Origin: Rickettsiales bacterium
GTDB taxonomy: Bacteria > Pseudomonadota > Alphaproteobacteria > Rickettsiales > UBA6187
Direction of reading: 5' to 3'
Length of the DNA: 64,000 nucleotides
Assembly (NCBI GenBank): GCA_040507985.1
Contig: JBEVNR010000012.1
Location: forward strand, 32,202 to 96,201
The position numbers were made by a program, and so were the translations under genes. The first letter of the stretch is position 1. Each line of letters begins with the position of its first letter. Below the pieces are notes generated by a model. The model had not been told where the DNA came from. It ran no database searches and saw only the letters and a program-made list of their open reading frames with translations. Below are positions 61,443-64,000 of the stretch, piece by piece.

Positions 61443-61842
61443 CCGGCCGGTTCAGTTCACTTTCCTTCACCTTGTAAAACAAGTTCTTGGGTTCAGGCAA
61501 CAAAACGGTCTAGGTTAAGGCGTTTTCTTTCTTAGGTATGTTTTCCTTATTTCCTTCATCTTTTTCTTTTACCGGGACTCTAAGCTAAGAGTCAAAGCCA
61601 TTACTAAGCTGGCTTAGTAGACAAAATCCCCATCATAAACTGGAACTAAGTTGTGGTGCGAGGGATGACCGTTATGGAACATAACGGTTGTTTCTTCACC
61701 ACGCTAAATGACGTAAGAACTCACAAAACCCTTATGTCGCTTGCGGGCGCGTTCTTCTCGAATGTTCGAGCGGAGCGCGCCCGTTTTTTTTGCCCTGACG
61801 CCACGCGAAAAACGCGCCTTATGCTTTGCCGCCAAAGGCGTT

Positions 61843-63618
61843 CTACAACGCTCCCTCCCTCACCCGCAGGCTCTCGCCCCCGGCGGCGATCTTCGCCAGC
61901 AGGCTATGGTGTTCGGGGAGGATTTTATCCATAAAAAACCGTCCGACGGCAATTTTATCGTCGTAATATTCCGCAGAAAACGCGCCCCCTTTGTCTTTGG
62001 CCTCGCACGCCGCCTTGGCCATGAGACAGTACATATAGCCGTGCAACGTGCATCCGATAAGGCGCATATAATCGTAGGAAGCGGCGCCGGCTTCGTACGG
62101 ATCGCTTATTGCTCGCATGGCGATGAGCATCGACGCCTGCCTTGCGCTTTTGAGCGCCCCATACATCGGCTTGGTGAAACGCCTTAGCGTCGCGTGGTCG
62201 CGATGCTCCTCGACGAACGCGGCGGCGTCGTGAAAAAAAGGACGCAAATACCGGCCTCCGCTTTTCACCAGTTTACGCCCAACCAAATCGAGCGCCTGTA
62301 TTCCGTTGGCGCCCTCGTAAATTTGGGCGATGCGCGCGTCTCGCACATATTGCTCGACGCCATATTCCCTAACATAGCCGTGTCCGCCGAACACTTGCAT
62401 GGCGAGATTGGCGCATTCAAATCCCATGTCGGTCATGTAGGCTTTAATGACGGGGGTGGCGAATTGAATGAAATCGTCGGAGCGGCGCTGCGTTTTTTCG
62501 TCCGAATGGTGTTTGGATATGTCCACGCGCAGCGCGGCATACAGCGCCAGCATGCGCGCCGATTCGCAAAAGCTTCGCATGGTCAGCAACATGCGCCGCA
62601 CGTCCGGATGCGCCGTAATCGGATCGGCTTTTTTGTCGGGATTCTTCACGCCGTCCAGACCCCTGCCCTGCAAGCGCTCCTTAGCGTAGGCGACGGCTTG
62701 GCGCCGCGCAATTTCGGCCAACCCCAGCCCTTGCACGCCGACATAGATGCGCGCCTCGTTCATCATGGTGAACATGGCCTTTAAGCCTTCGTGCGGCTTG
62801 CCGACCAGATGCCCGACGGCGTTTTTAAATTCCATGACGCAGGTAGGCGAGGCATGGATGCCCATTTTTTCCTCCAGCGAGACGCACGTCACGCCGTTGG
62901 GCTTTTCGTTCGCATATTTCGTCACCAAAAACAAGCTAATCCCCTTGCTTCCTTCCGGCGCGTCCGGAAGTTTCGCCAAGACCATATGGACGATATTGTC
63001 CGTCCAGTCGTGGTCGCCGCCGGAGATGAACATCTTATTGCCGTTCACGAGATAACCGCCCCCTTCGCGCGGCGTCGCGGTCGTGCGGATAAGCCCCAAA
63101 TCGGTGCCGCAATGCGCCTCCGTCAGGCACATCGTGCCGGTATGCTCTCCGGACGCCAGTTTCGGCAGATATTCTTGCTTCAGCGCGTCCGATCCGTGCA
63201 AATACAGCGCGTTATAGGCGCCGTGGGTGAGCGCCGGCGTGATGCCGAACGCCAGGTTCGCCGAACATATCATTTCGGTTATCGGCATGTTGAGCGCCTC
63301 GGGCAAACCTTGTCCGCCATATTCCGCTTTGCAGGAAAATCCCGCCCATCCCCCGTCGCAATAGGCGCGGTACGCTTCCTTAAACCCTTTTGGAGTGAAG
63401 ACGACGCCGTTTTTTATGCTCGCCCCCTCTTTATCGCCCGATTGGTTGAGCGGAAAAAGCACGTCCTTGCATAGACGCTCCCCCTCAGCCGTCAGCGCGT
63501 CAATCAATCCGGCGTCAACGTCTTTGTAAGGCGCAAGCGCGTCGCGATATTGTTCAACCTTCAAGACTTCGAGCAACATGAAGCGGTAATCGTCTAACGG
63601 CGCATGAAATTCCGGCAT
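61843..63618 (-). CDS. Acyl-CoA dehydrogenase
   Basis: EYGGQGLP, TMCLTEAHCGTDLG, EEKMGIHASPTC, MFTMMNEAR, QVFGGHGY, IYEGANGIQALDL. Confidence 0.96.
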   Translation of the reverse strand: MPEFHAPLDDYRFMLLEVLKVEQYRDALAPYKDVDAGLIDALTAEGERLCKDVLFPLNQSGDKEGASIKNGVVFTPKGFKEAYRAYCDGGWAGFSCKAEYGGQGLPEALNMPITEMICSANLAFGITPALTHGAYNALYLHGSDALKQEYLPKLASGEHTGTMCLTEAHCGTDLGLIRTTATPREGGGYLVNGNKMFISGGDHDWTDNIVHMVLAKLPDAPEGSKGISLFLVTKYANEKPNGVTCVSLEEKMGIHASPTCVMEFKNAVGHLVGKPHEGLKAMFTMMNEARIYVGVQGLGLAEIARRQAVAYAKERLQGRGLDGVKNPDKKADPITAHPDVRRMLLTMRSFCESARMLALYAALRVDISKHHSDEKTQRRSDDFIQFATPVIKAYMTDMGFECANLAMQVFGGHGYVREYGVEQYVRDARIAQIYEGANGIQALDLVGRKLVKSGGRYLRPFFHDAAAFVEEHRDHATLRRFTKPMYGALKSARQASMLIAMRAISDPYEAGAASYDYMRLIGCTLHGYMYCLMAKAACEAKDKGGAFSAEYYDDKIAVGRFFMDKILPEHHSLLAKIAAGGESLRVREGAL

Positions 63619-63888
63619 GGGGCGGCGCTCTCTTTTTTAATGAAAAGATAGTTTTTATTTTATCCGACAATACATAAAAAATCGGTAAGGAGGCAATGGT
63701 AGCGAGTGACAAATCGCCGCTTTGCCGCTATAAGCAATTTTCATGTTCCTTATTAAATGTAAAATAGACTTCCAATTGGATTCCTAATGCAAGGCTCTAC
63801 CCCGCAAAAGGAACGCCGGACTAGGAAGTTAGAGTAGGATGTTATGCCTGCGAACCGTACATGGGCATGCGGGAATTTTTGTGGGGAT

Positions 63889-63965
<77 letters not shown>

Positions 63966-64000
63966 TTCTCCTTAGAAACTACATCTTCTTGCAATTTTGC

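Overview
Chromosomal segment of an alphaproteobacterium, most plausibly a GC-rich, metabolically fairly complete Rickettsiales-type lineage. This assignment is inferred from a tandem array of long VirB6 paralogs plus VirB2, ChpT, membrane cytochrome c, and the rpiB-glyA and tpiA-secG-pyrG gene pairs. Most of the window is housekeeping genes in shuffled operon fragments (ppk1, pmm, tamA, secDF, mlaEF, pstB, rbfA, rlmN, ctpA, zapE, glyA, sodB, nspC, trxA, ribH, ugd, pyrG, murE, an acyl-CoA dehydrogenase, tRNA-Arg-CCT). It also carries a 790-aa stand-alone flagellin, two paralogous prepilin-like proteins, a PilC/GspF protein and a retropepsin / 7TM-transglutaminase / ATP-grasp three-gene module. 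The most unusual content is a set of compositionally atypical orphan genes at 21.9, 43.8 and 56-61.5 kb. One of them encodes a eukaryote-looking secreted protein rich in N-x-T sequons, with mirror-symmetric cysteines. Also notable are a Cys-repeat lipopeptide resembling MNIO-RiPP precursors and lectin-like motifs in the VirB6 extensions. I found no CRISPR array, integrase or intact transposase. All family calls come from motif recognition by eye, not from database searches.
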